Sequence record: NZ_CP156668.1
Strand: one strand, 5' to 3'
DNA length: 64,000 nt
DNA from: a plasmid
Shown: positions 42,400 to 51,704 of the stretch, piece after piece
Position numbering within the stretch: position 1 is the first letter of the stretch
Layout of the letters: each line of letters starts with the position of its first letter
Position numbers and translations under genes: made by a program
The notes under the pieces: generated by a model
The model's database searches: none
Seen by the model: the letters and a program-made list of their open reading frames with translations, nothing else
What the model was told of the DNA's origin: nothing

Positions 42400-42445
42400 A
42401 AAAAAGGTAGGAGAGAATTATACGCCATTCTTTCCTACCTTTTAT
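42400..42445. terminator. Bidirectional terminator
   Basis: aaaaaaggtaggagagaat-tatacgcc-attctttcctacctttta. Confidence 0.75.
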
Positions 42446-42724
42446 TAGCTCTATACTATTATGATAATGATTGCTGCCTACACAATTAAACCACTGTCAT
42501 TCATAAGTATATTTCCAACTTATGTTTATTAACCTATCCATAACAGTTTATCGAAGAATTTCACTGCCAATCTAAACGTTGCTCTTGGGAAATCAAGAGA
42601 GCGTTACGAATCTAGTCTCAACGTTTCCTTTTTTAACAGTCCTAATGCACGTCTATAACTCCTAGTGTAGTGTAAAAGTGCAAATGAATATTAGGGTATA
42701 CCCTAGTGGCCGTTTGGGGTTAAT

Positions 42725-43555
42725 TTAAAAATTACAATCATTTTGCAATTCTTTGAGTCTATCGTTAAATGGAGTTCTCACAAAGTTTCCCCCATAGAAG
42801 CATTTTCCTTCGTCAGTTGGAAATTGTTTAGCTAAAAAATCGGCAAACGTTTGATTATCAGGATTAGCAATGTACCTTTTACAATTGTCTTTAACGTTTT
42901 GATCGGTCAAAGTAAAATATGGATAATTTTCATTATTGGCTTTATCACATAGGTGTGCAGCGGTATTTACGTTGTCACCAAGAAAGATAGGCTTATTTAT
43001 ACCGCTACCTTTATCTCCAGCTTGTATAACCAGTGCTTCGCCCGTAGCAATACCCACGCCCGCTTTAATGTCAATTCTTCGTTTATAGTGCTTAGAAAAG
43101 AGATTATTTATTATTCCTAATAGAGGATTGAACATAGAGGCTGATTCTAAAGCTTCTATAACATCAGATCTGTCTTTATATTCACCTGATTTATCTTTAT
43201 TTTCAACAAATATTGCTGAAACACAGTCACCAACAATATTTATTTCCTTACAACACTCATGACTTCTTAAAACTGCAATTATTTCGCTAATATAGGATCT
43301 ATAAAATCTGGCTATTATTCTTCTGTCATATCCCTCTTTTGTAATCAGTTTAGAAGAGTTTCGTATATCAATAAAAAAAGCGGTATTTTTGACGTAAGCA
43401 CCATTAGTGTAACTTAATGCGTTATCTAAACTAGGCAAGTAATCCAGATGATCAAATTTATTTGTATCTGTTAGAATCTCTTTTATTACATCTTCAGCTG
43501 TACTTAGATTAAAAGACTTGAAATTAATTGTACTATTTCCCATTTTATTTTCCAT
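42725..43555 (-). CDS. Class III nucleotidyl cyclase (CHD) domain protein; PycC-like candidate
   Basis: FFIDIRNSS (metal Asp), IVGDCVSAIF (second Asp), GVGIATGEALVIQAGDKGS, IFLGDNVNTAAHLCDKA match the conserved cyclase-homology-domain blocks; start probably MENKMGNST (43555) after ggaagga SD. Confidence 0.7.
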   Translation of the reverse strand: MENKMGNSTINFKSFNLSTAEDVIKEILTDTNKFDHLDYLPSLDNALSYTNGAYVKNTAFFIDIRNSSKLITKEGYDRRIIARFYRSYISEIIAVLRSHECCKEINIVGDCVSAIFVENKDKSGEYKDRSDVIEALESASMFNPLLGIINNLFSKHYKRRIDIKAGVGIATGEALVIQAGDKGSGINKPIFLGDNVNTAAHLCDKANNENYPYFTLTDQNVKDNCKRYIANPDNQTFADFLAKQFPTDEGKCFYGGNFVRTPFNDRLKELQNDCNF

Positions 43556-43566
43556 GTCCTTCCATA

Positions 43567-44109
43567 TTAATTGATAGATAGTCCAATAGATGCTATCAGT
43601 GTGACTAGAAAAATTGTCCCAAAGCCTAAACATATAAATTTGATACCAATATTGCAGTTTTTCATTTTTGTATCAGCAATATTGGCATTAACAAATATTT
43701 GATTAACTAGGTCATCATTGGGATTAAAATCTTTGCAGAAGTAATTTTTCATTTCGTTTAGCCCATTTTGAGATATATCGCCAAAAAAAATGTGGGATTG
43801 TTGATGGGAAATGTTTTTCAATCTAGGTATAAGGGTAAAAAATAAATAGAATCCACCAATAAAGACTAATATTAATCCAAATACTAGCAAAAAAATAAGT
43901 ACCGTTAAAAAAATTTTATCTTTGATAAAAAGATAGTGGATACAATTTACTACGACACCATAGAAGCGAGAGTTTATCAATAAAGTAAATAACACCCCAA
44001 TTGCTGATAATAAGACTGAAGCTTTTGTATCTGATTTTTGTATCCAATCTAATTGCTTGTCTAATAGATATTGTAAATACTTGGTTTTTTCACAATTATT
44101 ATCGTTCAT
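43567..44109 (-). CDS. Small multi-TM protein encoded immediately upstream of the cyclase; candidate membrane effector
   Basis: 180 aa; ~30-aa soluble N-terminus, 2-3 TM helices, ~55-aa loop, C-terminal TM; no cNMP-binding domain recognisable; 11-nt gap to cyclase start. Confidence 0.5.
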   Translation of the reverse strand: MNDNNCEKTKYLQYLLDKQLDWIQKSDTKASVLLSAIGVLFTLLINSRFYGVVVNCIHYLFIKDKIFLTVLIFLLVFGLILVFIGGFYLFFTLIPRLKNISHQQSHIFFGDISQNGLNEMKNYFCKDFNPNDDLVNQIFVNANIADTKMKNCNIGIKFICLGFGTIFLVTLIASIGLSIN

Positions 44110-44242
44110 TGCCTAGTCCATCTCTCTTCTTGTATAATTGAGCTTGTAGAAAAGTTAAGACGGTGGCTATTTCCAATCGGAGGTGGTGCTTATGGTGTTA
44201 AACCTTTAAAGCCCATAAATCCTAACGAAAGGAGTAGCCTAA

Positions 44243-44347
44243 GTGTCCGTTGCGGACGCTTTACAATTAATGCTGGCTTTCGGTACCTTTATCGTAGCCT
44301 TAATTGCATTAATTGTTGAGCTGATCAAAAGCCAGCAAAAAAAATAA
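44243..44347 (+). CDS. Type I toxin, holin-like Lpt/Fst-type 34-aa hydrophobic peptide (not in ORF track)
   Basis: GTG start after aaaggag SD (8-nt spacer): VSVADALQLMLAFGTFIVALIALIVELIKSQQKK*; hairpin terminator directly downstream. Confidence 0.6.
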   Translation: MSVADALQLMLAFGTFIVALIALIVELIKSQQKK

Positions 44348-44587
44348 TCCGTCTTAGCTTTGGCGAGCAGATGGATTATTTTTGATCTAATCTATTAAGT
44401 TTGCCACCGTCTTAAACGGTTCTACATGGGAAGTCCTGTTCTAGCAGGGCTTCCTTTTTCTGTTTACATTATAGCATGACTATAATGGACTTTCGACTAT
44501 TTTTAATCAACTTTCTGCCAGTTCTTAGGGAACACATGTTTGCTTTATATGCTACAATACAGGTAAAAGCTAACGGAAGTGATCTAA

Positions 44588-45888
44588 ATGTTTTTTGATG
44601 ATGAACCGCATGGCGTGTTCTTCTTAATCGATAACAAGTCCTTTTATGCTAGTTGCGAAGCCGTTGCCCGGGGCCTTAATCCCTTAAAAGTCCCGTTAGT
44701 GGTCCTGAGCGAAGCTGAAAATACTAATGGCGGGCTCATTTTAGCCACGTCACCCGAAGCTAAGCACTTATTTCATCTTAAAGCCAACGTCTCCCGTAAA
44801 CGTGACTTACCCAATGACCCCAGTTGTGGGTCGTGCCACCGCGCATGAACCTTTATATTCAACGTAATTTGCAGATCAATCAGATCTTTCATCAATTTAC
44901 TACTGAAAAAGAGGTTTGGCCGTATTCAATTGATGAAAGCATTCTTGATATGACCCATACTTGGCGGCTGTTTGGCAATTCCGTTCGCGAAGTGGCACGC
45001 TTGATTCAAAAGACAGTTCGGCAAAAGCTAGGCTTGTATACCACCGTGGGAATTGGTGACAATCCGGTGCAAGCTAAATTAGCCTTAGACCTTTACGCTA
45101 AACATAATCATGAATTGATCGGTGAAATCCATTACGAAACTGTGCCGGATAAAATTTGGTCAATTACTGAATTAACGGACGTTTGGGGGATTGGCCCCCG
45201 TATGGCGAAACGTTTGAACCGCCTTCACATTCACAATATGTATGAGCTAGCCCATACCAACCCTTATTTACTCAAACAGCAGCTTGGCGTCATTGGTAGC
45301 CAGTTATTTGCTATAGCCTGGGGAATTGATCGCGCACAAGTCACGGAACCAACTAAGGTTAAAGGAGCTAGCCTGGGGAATTCGCAAGTGCTGCCACGGG
45401 ACTATTTTAACCAAGCCGAAATTGAAACGGTCATTAAAGAAATTGGGGAACAGGTGGCGGCTCGGCTTCGGCACCACCATAAACTGGCAGGTTGTCTATC
45501 GCTAAGCATTGGGTTTTCCTATGCCGCGGCAGAAGCAGATGGCCGCGGTGGCTTTAACCAGGCTTTAAAAATTGAACCGACTAACGACAATCAAGTTTTG
45601 ACGCAACAATTATTGTGGTTATTCCGTCAGAATTGGGACGGTCAAGCTGTCCGGAATATTGGCGTTTATAGCAGTAAACTAAATGCCAATTCCGGCCAAC
45701 AACTTAATTTATTTGAAACCCCGCGCAACCAAATTCGCCGTAGCCGGTTAAACCAAGTGATTGATGAAATTCACCGGCAATTTGGGTTCACCAAACTAGT
45801 TTACGCGACCAGTTTATTAAAGGGAGGCACCGCTATCAAGCGGGCTTCACTAGTGGGCGGACATAATGGAGGGAATAGCTATGAATAG
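44588..45888 (+). pseudogene. Y-family DNA polymerase (UmuC/ImpB-like) with frameshift in a C4 run at 44818-44821
   Basis: Two ORFs (frame 2 then frame 1) that splice to ...KRDLPNDP|QLWVVPPRMNLYI... if one C is added; N-terminal FFLIDNKSFYASCE typical of Y-pol. Confidence 0.8.
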
Positions 45889-46201
45889 CGATATCGAGAT
45901 TATTAAGGGGCGGTTAACCCGATTGTTTAAGCGGCGTCCCCAAACCCGCTATTGGTTAATGTTGACTAATGACACCTACGATCAGACCTATAATCTGTTT
46001 TTTAACAGTCAACGGGCCAACGAGCGCTTGCAATCCGTTCCCTTACATAAATTAGCTCACTATGATTTAGCTGGTTTAGAAAAATTACTAAAAGCATTAC
46101 GACAAGATATAAAGCTAACGATCGAATTTGTCGGCTTTACTGGGGAACGGTGGCCGGCAAGTCAAAAGCTGATTCAACGAAAGCGGGTGCCCCTTGAATA
46201 A
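45881..46201 (+). CDS. Hypothetical protein between Y-polymerase and YolD-like gene
   Basis: ORF overlaps polymerase stop; no motif recognised. Confidence 0.4.
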   Translation: MNSDIEIIKGRLTRLFKRRPQTRYWLMLTNDTYDQTYNLFFNSQRANERLQSVPLHKLAHYDLAGLEKLLKALRQDIKLTIEFVGFTGERWPASQKLIQRKRVPLE

Positions 46202-46580
46202 TCAAGAATTTGATTTAGCCACGGTTAAGCATTTTTTTGAACACGATTACCATGACCGGGGCATGATGAAATGGCAGGGCTTCTATTTATCCGATCATAC
46301 TGCCGCTTTAAACCAACAGAACCAGCAGTTGAATGCAGTATACGTTCCACGACCGCAACAATCCTTAGCAACAATTACCGAGGTATTGGCGGACGCATAT
46401 CAGCGTCAGCAACCAGTGACCATTCAATTAAAAACGGTTGACCAAAACAACCGCCATTTACCAGATATCACCACCTTGATCCATGGCTACAATGCCAATG
46501 ATATTGTGATTGACGCTGATCGGTTTATCCCACTACAAGAAATTCGCAATGTGGCCTTTAAAAATACGGAGAAGCTATAA
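46194..46580 (+). CDS. YolD-like protein (UmuD-analogue family associated with Y-polymerases)
   Basis: DRGMMKWQGFYLSDH matches the YolD-family DRGxxKWxxF..(S/P)EH core; position downstream of Y-polymerase. Confidence 0.65.
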   Translation: MNNQEFDLATVKHFFEHDYHDRGMMKWQGFYLSDHTAALNQQNQQLNAVYVPRPQQSLATITEVLADAYQRQQPVTIQLKTVDQNNRHLPDITTLIHGYNANDIVIDADRFIPLQEIRNVAFKNTEKL

Positions 46581-46605
46581 AATTCTAGCTCTCCGTATTT
46601 TTCTT
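46563..46605. terminator. Terminator between convergent yolD-like and dehydrogenase genes
   Basis: atacggagaagcta-taaaattc-tagctctccgtattttt. Confidence 0.7.
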
Positions 46606-46697
46606 AACACTTTATTTGCTGGCTCTGTTTTTTCTAATTGCTTTATTTTAGACAGTTTTACTTCAATGTAGGCAAAAGAATTCACAGACCATTGCCA

Positions 46698-47657
46698 TTA
46701 ATTGATAACGTTTTTCAGATCTCCTGATAAATATGCTTTTATATTATCAACAGTCATATGCAACAACCGTTCTCTTGTCTCATATGGTGCCCAAGCAATA
46801 TGTGGGGTAATATAACAATTTTTGGCCTGTAATAATGGGCTATCACTAGCAATGGGCTCCCCTTTAACAACATCAGTGGCGTAGGCATAAATTTTGCCTT
46901 CATCCAAGGCATTCTTAATGTCCGCTTCATTAGCCAATTTGCCTCGGGCCGTATTCAATATAATAACCCCAGTTTTCATTTTGGCAATCGTATCATTATT
47001 AATTAAATCTATTGTTTCTGGTGTTTGGATCACATGCAGACTAAGCACATCAGATTGCATTAATAGTTCATCAAATGAAACCTGCTGAATCCATGATTCG
47101 GTAATTTTCTTAGGACGATGATTATAGAAAATAACTTTCATAGAAAAAGCGTGTCCTATTTTAGCAACTTTTTGCGCAATATGGCCATAACCGATTAGTC
47201 CTAAAGTTTTCCCTTTTAATTCTAATAGCGGTTTTTCCCAAAAAGTAAAATCAGGAGCCTGTGCCCACCGGTTTTCATGAACAAGCTGATTATGCAATCC
47301 AACTTGGCTAGTCACTTCTAATAATAACGAGAAAGTAAATTGTGCCACTGCGTCACTTGCATATGTGGGAATGTTAGTCACCACAACCTTGTTCTGGTGT
47401 GCGCTCTCAATATCAACGACATCATAACCGGTTCCCATGATTCCGATATACTTCAATCGTGATGTTTTGCTAATCACTTCATGATCTAGCGGTGTTTTGT
47501 GTGTAATGACGATATCAGCATATTTAATTCGTTTTATGATTTCAGCGTTATCGTTAACTGGGGTACGATCATATAAAGTGCAGTCGCCTAATTCTTGCAA
47601 GCTTTTCCAATTTAAATCTTTGTTTAGTTCATATCCATCTAAAAGAACAATTTTCAT
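46698..47657 (-). CDS. D-isomer-specific 2-hydroxyacid dehydrogenase (NAD-binding)
   Basis: GLIGYGHIAQKVAKIG Rossmann motif and catalytic-domain layout; 319 aa. Confidence 0.8.
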   Translation of the reverse strand: MKIVLLDGYELNKDLNWKSLQELGDCTLYDRTPVNDNAEIIKRIKYADIVITHKTPLDHEVISKTSRLKYIGIMGTGYDVVDIESAHQNKVVVTNIPTYASDAVAQFTFSLLLEVTSQVGLHNQLVHENRWAQAPDFTFWEKPLLELKGKTLGLIGYGHIAQKVAKIGHAFSMKVIFYNHRPKKITESWIQQVSFDELLMQSDVLSLHVIQTPETIDLINNDTIAKMKTGVIILNTARGKLANEADIKNALDEGKIYAYATDVVKGEPIASDSPLLQAKNCYITPHIAWAPYETRERLLHMTVDNIKAYLSGDLKNVIN

Positions 47658-47671
47658 AGTGTTAAATCCCC

Positions 47672-48796
47672 CTATCTTTTCAATGTTTTAGCTGCATTAT
47701 GTTCTGGTTGTTTAATTGCCGGGTTTTGTTCAGAAAATGCTTGCAGTTGTTTTTGCGTTCGATTACTGATTTCATGGTGTACATCATTTAACTTATTTTG
47801 TAGTTCTGATTTTTGTTGTGGATTAGTCGCTTGCTGAACTTGTTGTTGCAAGCCTTGATAGGACTTATTAAGATCATGGGCTGATAGTTTTTTTAGATCA
47901 TGCTCAGGCTCTTTTGGGGCTTCTTGTAAGCCTAATTGTTTGGTTAAGCCATCGCTAAGTTCAATCACTTTGTTGCTCACTTGCTGAATCTCACTTAAAG
48001 CGCTATGGATTACGGCTTTATCTTTGGCCCAGGTGGCCACGTAACCGAGTGAGTAGTTGCTGGTATCAACGCCAATATTTTGCATGGCAACATACGCAAC
48101 CGCTTCGGCTTGGGTTTCCTGATAGGTTCGTGGCCGATCTTTAAAGGCTGATTTTAAGCCGTGTAGCTGGCTATGCGCATATTCGTGGTATAACGTCTTT
48201 AGTTTCAAAGCATTGTCGGGCTCATCGCCACCAATGACGATTTCATTAGTGCTGGGTTGAAAATACCCCTTAGCCCCATTTAGCGTCGCTAAAGGCACTT
48301 CACTGACTTTAAGGTCGGTTTGCTGGTTTAAATAATCTTTGAACGCGTTATATAAGCTTGTCACATTCTGATGATCGGCCAAATTTTCTTTGACAAAGTC
48401 TTGAGCACTTAACACTGGTTCACCGCTAGTTTGTGCCACATCAAAGACGGGTAGATAGCGATAACCAACTATGGCTTTTTCTTCGGTCGTATCAAGCCTT
48501 TTCTGATCCTCTGGAGTTAGTTTTTTAATAATAGGGGCCGCAATCCTGATCCCTTTTTCTCCTTTATTTACTGATCGTTTAAAATCATTCTGCCATTTTT
48601 TAAAGCCTGCAACTTGGCTGGCACTTGGATTTTGAGAATAGATAAGGTCAATATTACGTTGGCTATACCGGTGAAACTTTGCTACGGTATCAAGATAACT
48701 TTTAAATTTTTCACTATCAGTTAGTTTTAAAATTTCTTTTTCGGCATTTTCGACAAGCTGCCTTTTCCATTTTTCAGTTTCAAATTTACTTGGCAT
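47672..48796 (-). CDS. ArdC/LtrC-like protein (N-terminal ssDNA-binding domain + zincin HExxH metalloprotease domain)
   Basis: KFHRYSQRNIDLIYSQNP...FKKWQ...GEKGIRIAAP N-domain; TLYHEYAHSQLH C-domain. Confidence 0.7.
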   Translation of the reverse strand: MPSKFETEKWKRQLVENAEKEILKLTDSEKFKSYLDTVAKFHRYSQRNIDLIYSQNPSASQVAGFKKWQNDFKRSVNKGEKGIRIAAPIIKKLTPEDQKRLDTTEEKAIVGYRYLPVFDVAQTSGEPVLSAQDFVKENLADHQNVTSLYNAFKDYLNQQTDLKVSEVPLATLNGAKGYFQPSTNEIVIGGDEPDNALKLKTLYHEYAHSQLHGLKSAFKDRPRTYQETQAEAVAYVAMQNIGVDTSNYSLGYVATWAKDKAVIHSALSEIQQVSNKVIELSDGLTKQLGLQEAPKEPEHDLKKLSAHDLNKSYQGLQQQVQQATNPQQKSELQNKLNDVHHEISNRTQKQLQAFSEQNPAIKQPEHNAAKTLKR

Positions 48797-48798
48797 GA

Positions 48799-49014
48799 TT
48801 AACCCTCCTCGGCGTCTACAAACTCTACAGAATTATCAATTTGGGGTAACTTGATAGATTGTGTGCCGTAAAGCGCTAAATATTCAGCATTCTTTTTTTG
48901 CCACGCAACTTGAATATATTTGCCATTACCCGCAACTTCTGATAGGTACTTATAACTGCTTTTATCCGTCAAAATAGGTAATTCGCTTGCTAATGCTTCC
49001 AGTTCATTTTTCAT
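48799..49014 (-). CDS. Small hypothetical protein upstream of ArdC-like gene
   Basis: 71-aa ORF, 2-nt gap to next gene. Confidence 0.4.
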   Translation of the reverse strand: MKNELEALASELPILTDKSSYKYLSEVAGNGKYIQVAWQKKNAEYLALYGTQSIKLPQIDNSVEFVDAEEG

Positions 49015-49134
49015 GATATATCCTCCTTCTTTTACAATTACACTCGTTGGTTAGGTTCACTTTTTGGTTTTTGAAAAGTAAGCCTAAATGACGAGTTCAC
49101 CAACCGAAACAACGTGCAGGGCGGTAGGCAGGTT

Positions 49135-51273
49135 CTAATCAAAATCAAAACCTAATTTATGGCCGTCAAGCTTTAACTTGGCGTCAAACGATTTTCCTTT
49201 TTTACTCTTGAAACCCTTTAATTTGCTGGTTTCCCCCTTGGTGACCAGCGCTTTAATTGCGGTCTTACCAAGCGTCTTGCTACTCCATTTCTTGGGTAGG
49301 GTAAAGTCCTCGCCTTGCTTGGGTTTCACAATGTAAAACTTTTGTTTATTTATGACAGTTACTTGTGGTGTTTCTAAGAACACCTCGGCAACTTTTTGCG
49401 CTTGCTGTTGGTGATTGATTTGTTGCTTAATGGCTGCACTGCCAGTCAATTGCGTGGGAACATCAGCAATCAATTTTTCCACGAACTTTTTAATTTGTTC
49501 TAAAAAGTTTTCCTGTGTTCGCTTTTTAGCACTTATCTGTTTTAGCGCTTTTTCCCATTTTGCTGTCATTTCAGGACTTGTAAGCAGTGGTTCCAGTTCT
49601 ACGGCTTTACATAAGGTAATTCCTTGCTGACTAACATGTAATTTATTTTTTTCAGTAAGTAAGTAACCACGTTTCTTTAATACGTCTAGCACATTGGCTC
49701 TGGTGGCTTCGGTGCCAATACCCTCATTATCTTTTAAAATAGATTGGGCTTCTTCGTCATCTAGAGTTTTTCCTGCGGTTTTCATGGCTGTAATGAGTGT
49801 ACCCTCGGTAAATGGAACAGGGGGTTTCGTCATTTTTTGGTCGGGTGTTATATTAGCACTAATAGATTGACCCACTTCAACAAGTGGTAGTGTTGTTTCT
49901 TCTTCTGGCTTTTCGGTTTTGTAGTCGCTAAACAAAACTCTCCAACCCTGATTTTTTGGTACATTACCAGTAGCTTTAAATACTGCGTCTCCTATTGATG
50001 TGAAAATGACGGTTTCTTCATATTCGTATGGATCAGCAAACATTGCTAGGGTAGTTCTCAAAACAAGGTTATATATTCTTTGTTCCAATGCAGGGAACTT
50101 TGATAATTTTTCTTGTGTTGGAACTGTTTTCGTCATGATAATGGCGTGGTGTTCTTGTACTTTTTTGCCGTTTACATAACGTTTATTTGGTTCTTGATGA
50201 TTTAAAGATACATCTTTAGATAAAAACCCTAGATACCCATTCAGATTTTCAACTAAGTAATTAAATTCCTGCTCTGTAATATAGTTACTATCAGTTCTAG
50301 GATAGGTAAGTAATTTTGCTTCATACAAATTTTGAACGGCTTGTAATGTATCACTGGCACTAGCGTGATAACGCTTGTTTATCTCACTTTGCAGACTGGA
50401 TAGTGAGAATAGTTGTGGACTAGCACGCTTTTTGTCTTGTTTTTGGACGTCCTTGATTAAACCGGCCTGTGAGCCTTTCTGAACGTGCTTAGCTTGCATG
50501 AATGTTATTAGTCCTGCTTCATCCTTAAAACGCTGATAGGGGTCTAATTTTGCGACGAATTTTTGCTGATTAGCAAGAATTTCAGCATTTAGTTCAAAAT
50601 AGGGTTCCGGCTTAAAGTTTTTGATTGTTCGGTCTCTTTGATAGACCATATACAAGGTTGGGGTCTGAACTCGGCCGATTGAGTATACCCCACGAACTCC
50701 ACTTTGTTTTAACAATAAAGTGTACAATGGGCTACCATTCATTCCGACCAGCCAATCGCTGATTTGGCGTGTTTGAGCTTCTTTATAAGCTGGATAATAT
50801 GCCCAACCGTCTTTTAAGTTCTTAAAACCGTCTAGGATAGCGTCTTTTTCAAGCGAGTTGATCCATAAGCGTTTGATCGTTTTACTTTTTAAATTAATTT
50901 TAGCTTGGTTCATAATTGACCAAGCAATATTTTCGCCCTCACGGTCGCTATCTGTTGCAACAATAATGGTATCGGCCTTCGTTAACAGGTCCTTAACGAC
51001 CTTGAACTGCTTTTTCTTATCGGTTGGCACGATAAACTTGTATTTGTTGGGGAAAATCGGTAAATTAGATAGGGCCCATTGCTGATATTTCTGATTATAT
51101 TTATCCGGTGTGGCTAGTTCAACTAAATGTCCGAGACCATACGTGACAAGCGTATTTTCGGGCAAAACAGGGTCGCTAACCGTATAGTAACCCTGTTTTT
51201 TTTTGCTCTTTTGAAAGGCTTGAACGTATGAACGGGCTTGACTAGGTTTTTCAGCTAAGATAACAGTGGTCAT
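49135..51273 (-). CDS. Type IA DNA topoisomerase (Topo III, conjugative-plasmid type)
   Basis: N-terminal TOPRIM VILAEKPSQA; 712 aa; C-terminal lysine-rich tail. Confidence 0.85.
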   Translation of the reverse strand: MTTVILAEKPSQARSYVQAFQKSKKKQGYYTVSDPVLPENTLVTYGLGHLVELATPDKYNQKYQQWALSNLPIFPNKYKFIVPTDKKKQFKVVKDLLTKADTIIVATDSDREGENIAWSIMNQAKINLKSKTIKRLWINSLEKDAILDGFKNLKDGWAYYPAYKEAQTRQISDWLVGMNGSPLYTLLLKQSGVRGVYSIGRVQTPTLYMVYQRDRTIKNFKPEPYFELNAEILANQQKFVAKLDPYQRFKDEAGLITFMQAKHVQKGSQAGLIKDVQKQDKKRASPQLFSLSSLQSEINKRYHASASDTLQAVQNLYEAKLLTYPRTDSNYITEQEFNYLVENLNGYLGFLSKDVSLNHQEPNKRYVNGKKVQEHHAIIMTKTVPTQEKLSKFPALEQRIYNLVLRTTLAMFADPYEYEETVIFTSIGDAVFKATGNVPKNQGWRVLFSDYKTEKPEEETTLPLVEVGQSISANITPDQKMTKPPVPFTEGTLITAMKTAGKTLDDEEAQSILKDNEGIGTEATRANVLDVLKKRGYLLTEKNKLHVSQQGITLCKAVELEPLLTSPEMTAKWEKALKQISAKKRTQENFLEQIKKFVEKLIADVPTQLTGSAAIKQQINHQQQAQKVAEVFLETPQVTVINKQKFYIVKPKQGEDFTLPKKWSSKTLGKTAIKALVTKGETSKLKGFKSKKGKSFDAKLKLDGHKLGFDFD

Positions 51274-51279
51274 GTTCGT

Positions 51280-51690
51280 TCACTCCTTGTGATTAAGTTT
51301 TTGATCTAATTCTGTTTTACCTTGTTCAGCCGCTTTCAACCAAGTTTCACGGCGCAATTCTTGTTGTTGCTCTATCGATTGTTGCTTCAAATAATGTTGA
51401 TACCGGTTGATGGCTTTGAGATCTGCATAGGCTGACCAACGGAATAATAAGCCACCCAGCAATAAAACTAAGGCCATTAGCGCAGTTCCTAAAAAATCGG
51501 TATGGTTCGCCGTGAAAAGCTCTTGGTATAAATCCATTAACATGAGGTAAATTCCCATTATATATAAGACCATGCTAACTAAGTTATCAAAATAGTAAGA
51601 CAGCTTAGTCCGCCGTGAAGGTGTTGTAAAAGGATCGGTTCGCATATTTTTTTTGGCTTTTTCCAATAACCAGTGTGCGATTTTCTTCAT
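51280..51690 (-). CDS. Small 2-TM membrane protein (conjugation cluster)
   Basis: Hydrophobic segments; operon context. Confidence 0.4.
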   Translation of the reverse strand: MKKIAHWLLEKAKKNMRTDPFTTPSRRTKLSYYFDNLVSMVLYIMGIYLMLMDLYQELFTANHTDFLGTALMALVLLLGGLLFRWSAYADLKAINRYQHYLKQQSIEQQQELRRETWLKAAEQGKTELDQKLNHKE

Positions 51691-51704
51691 AACTATTTTT
51701 CCTC

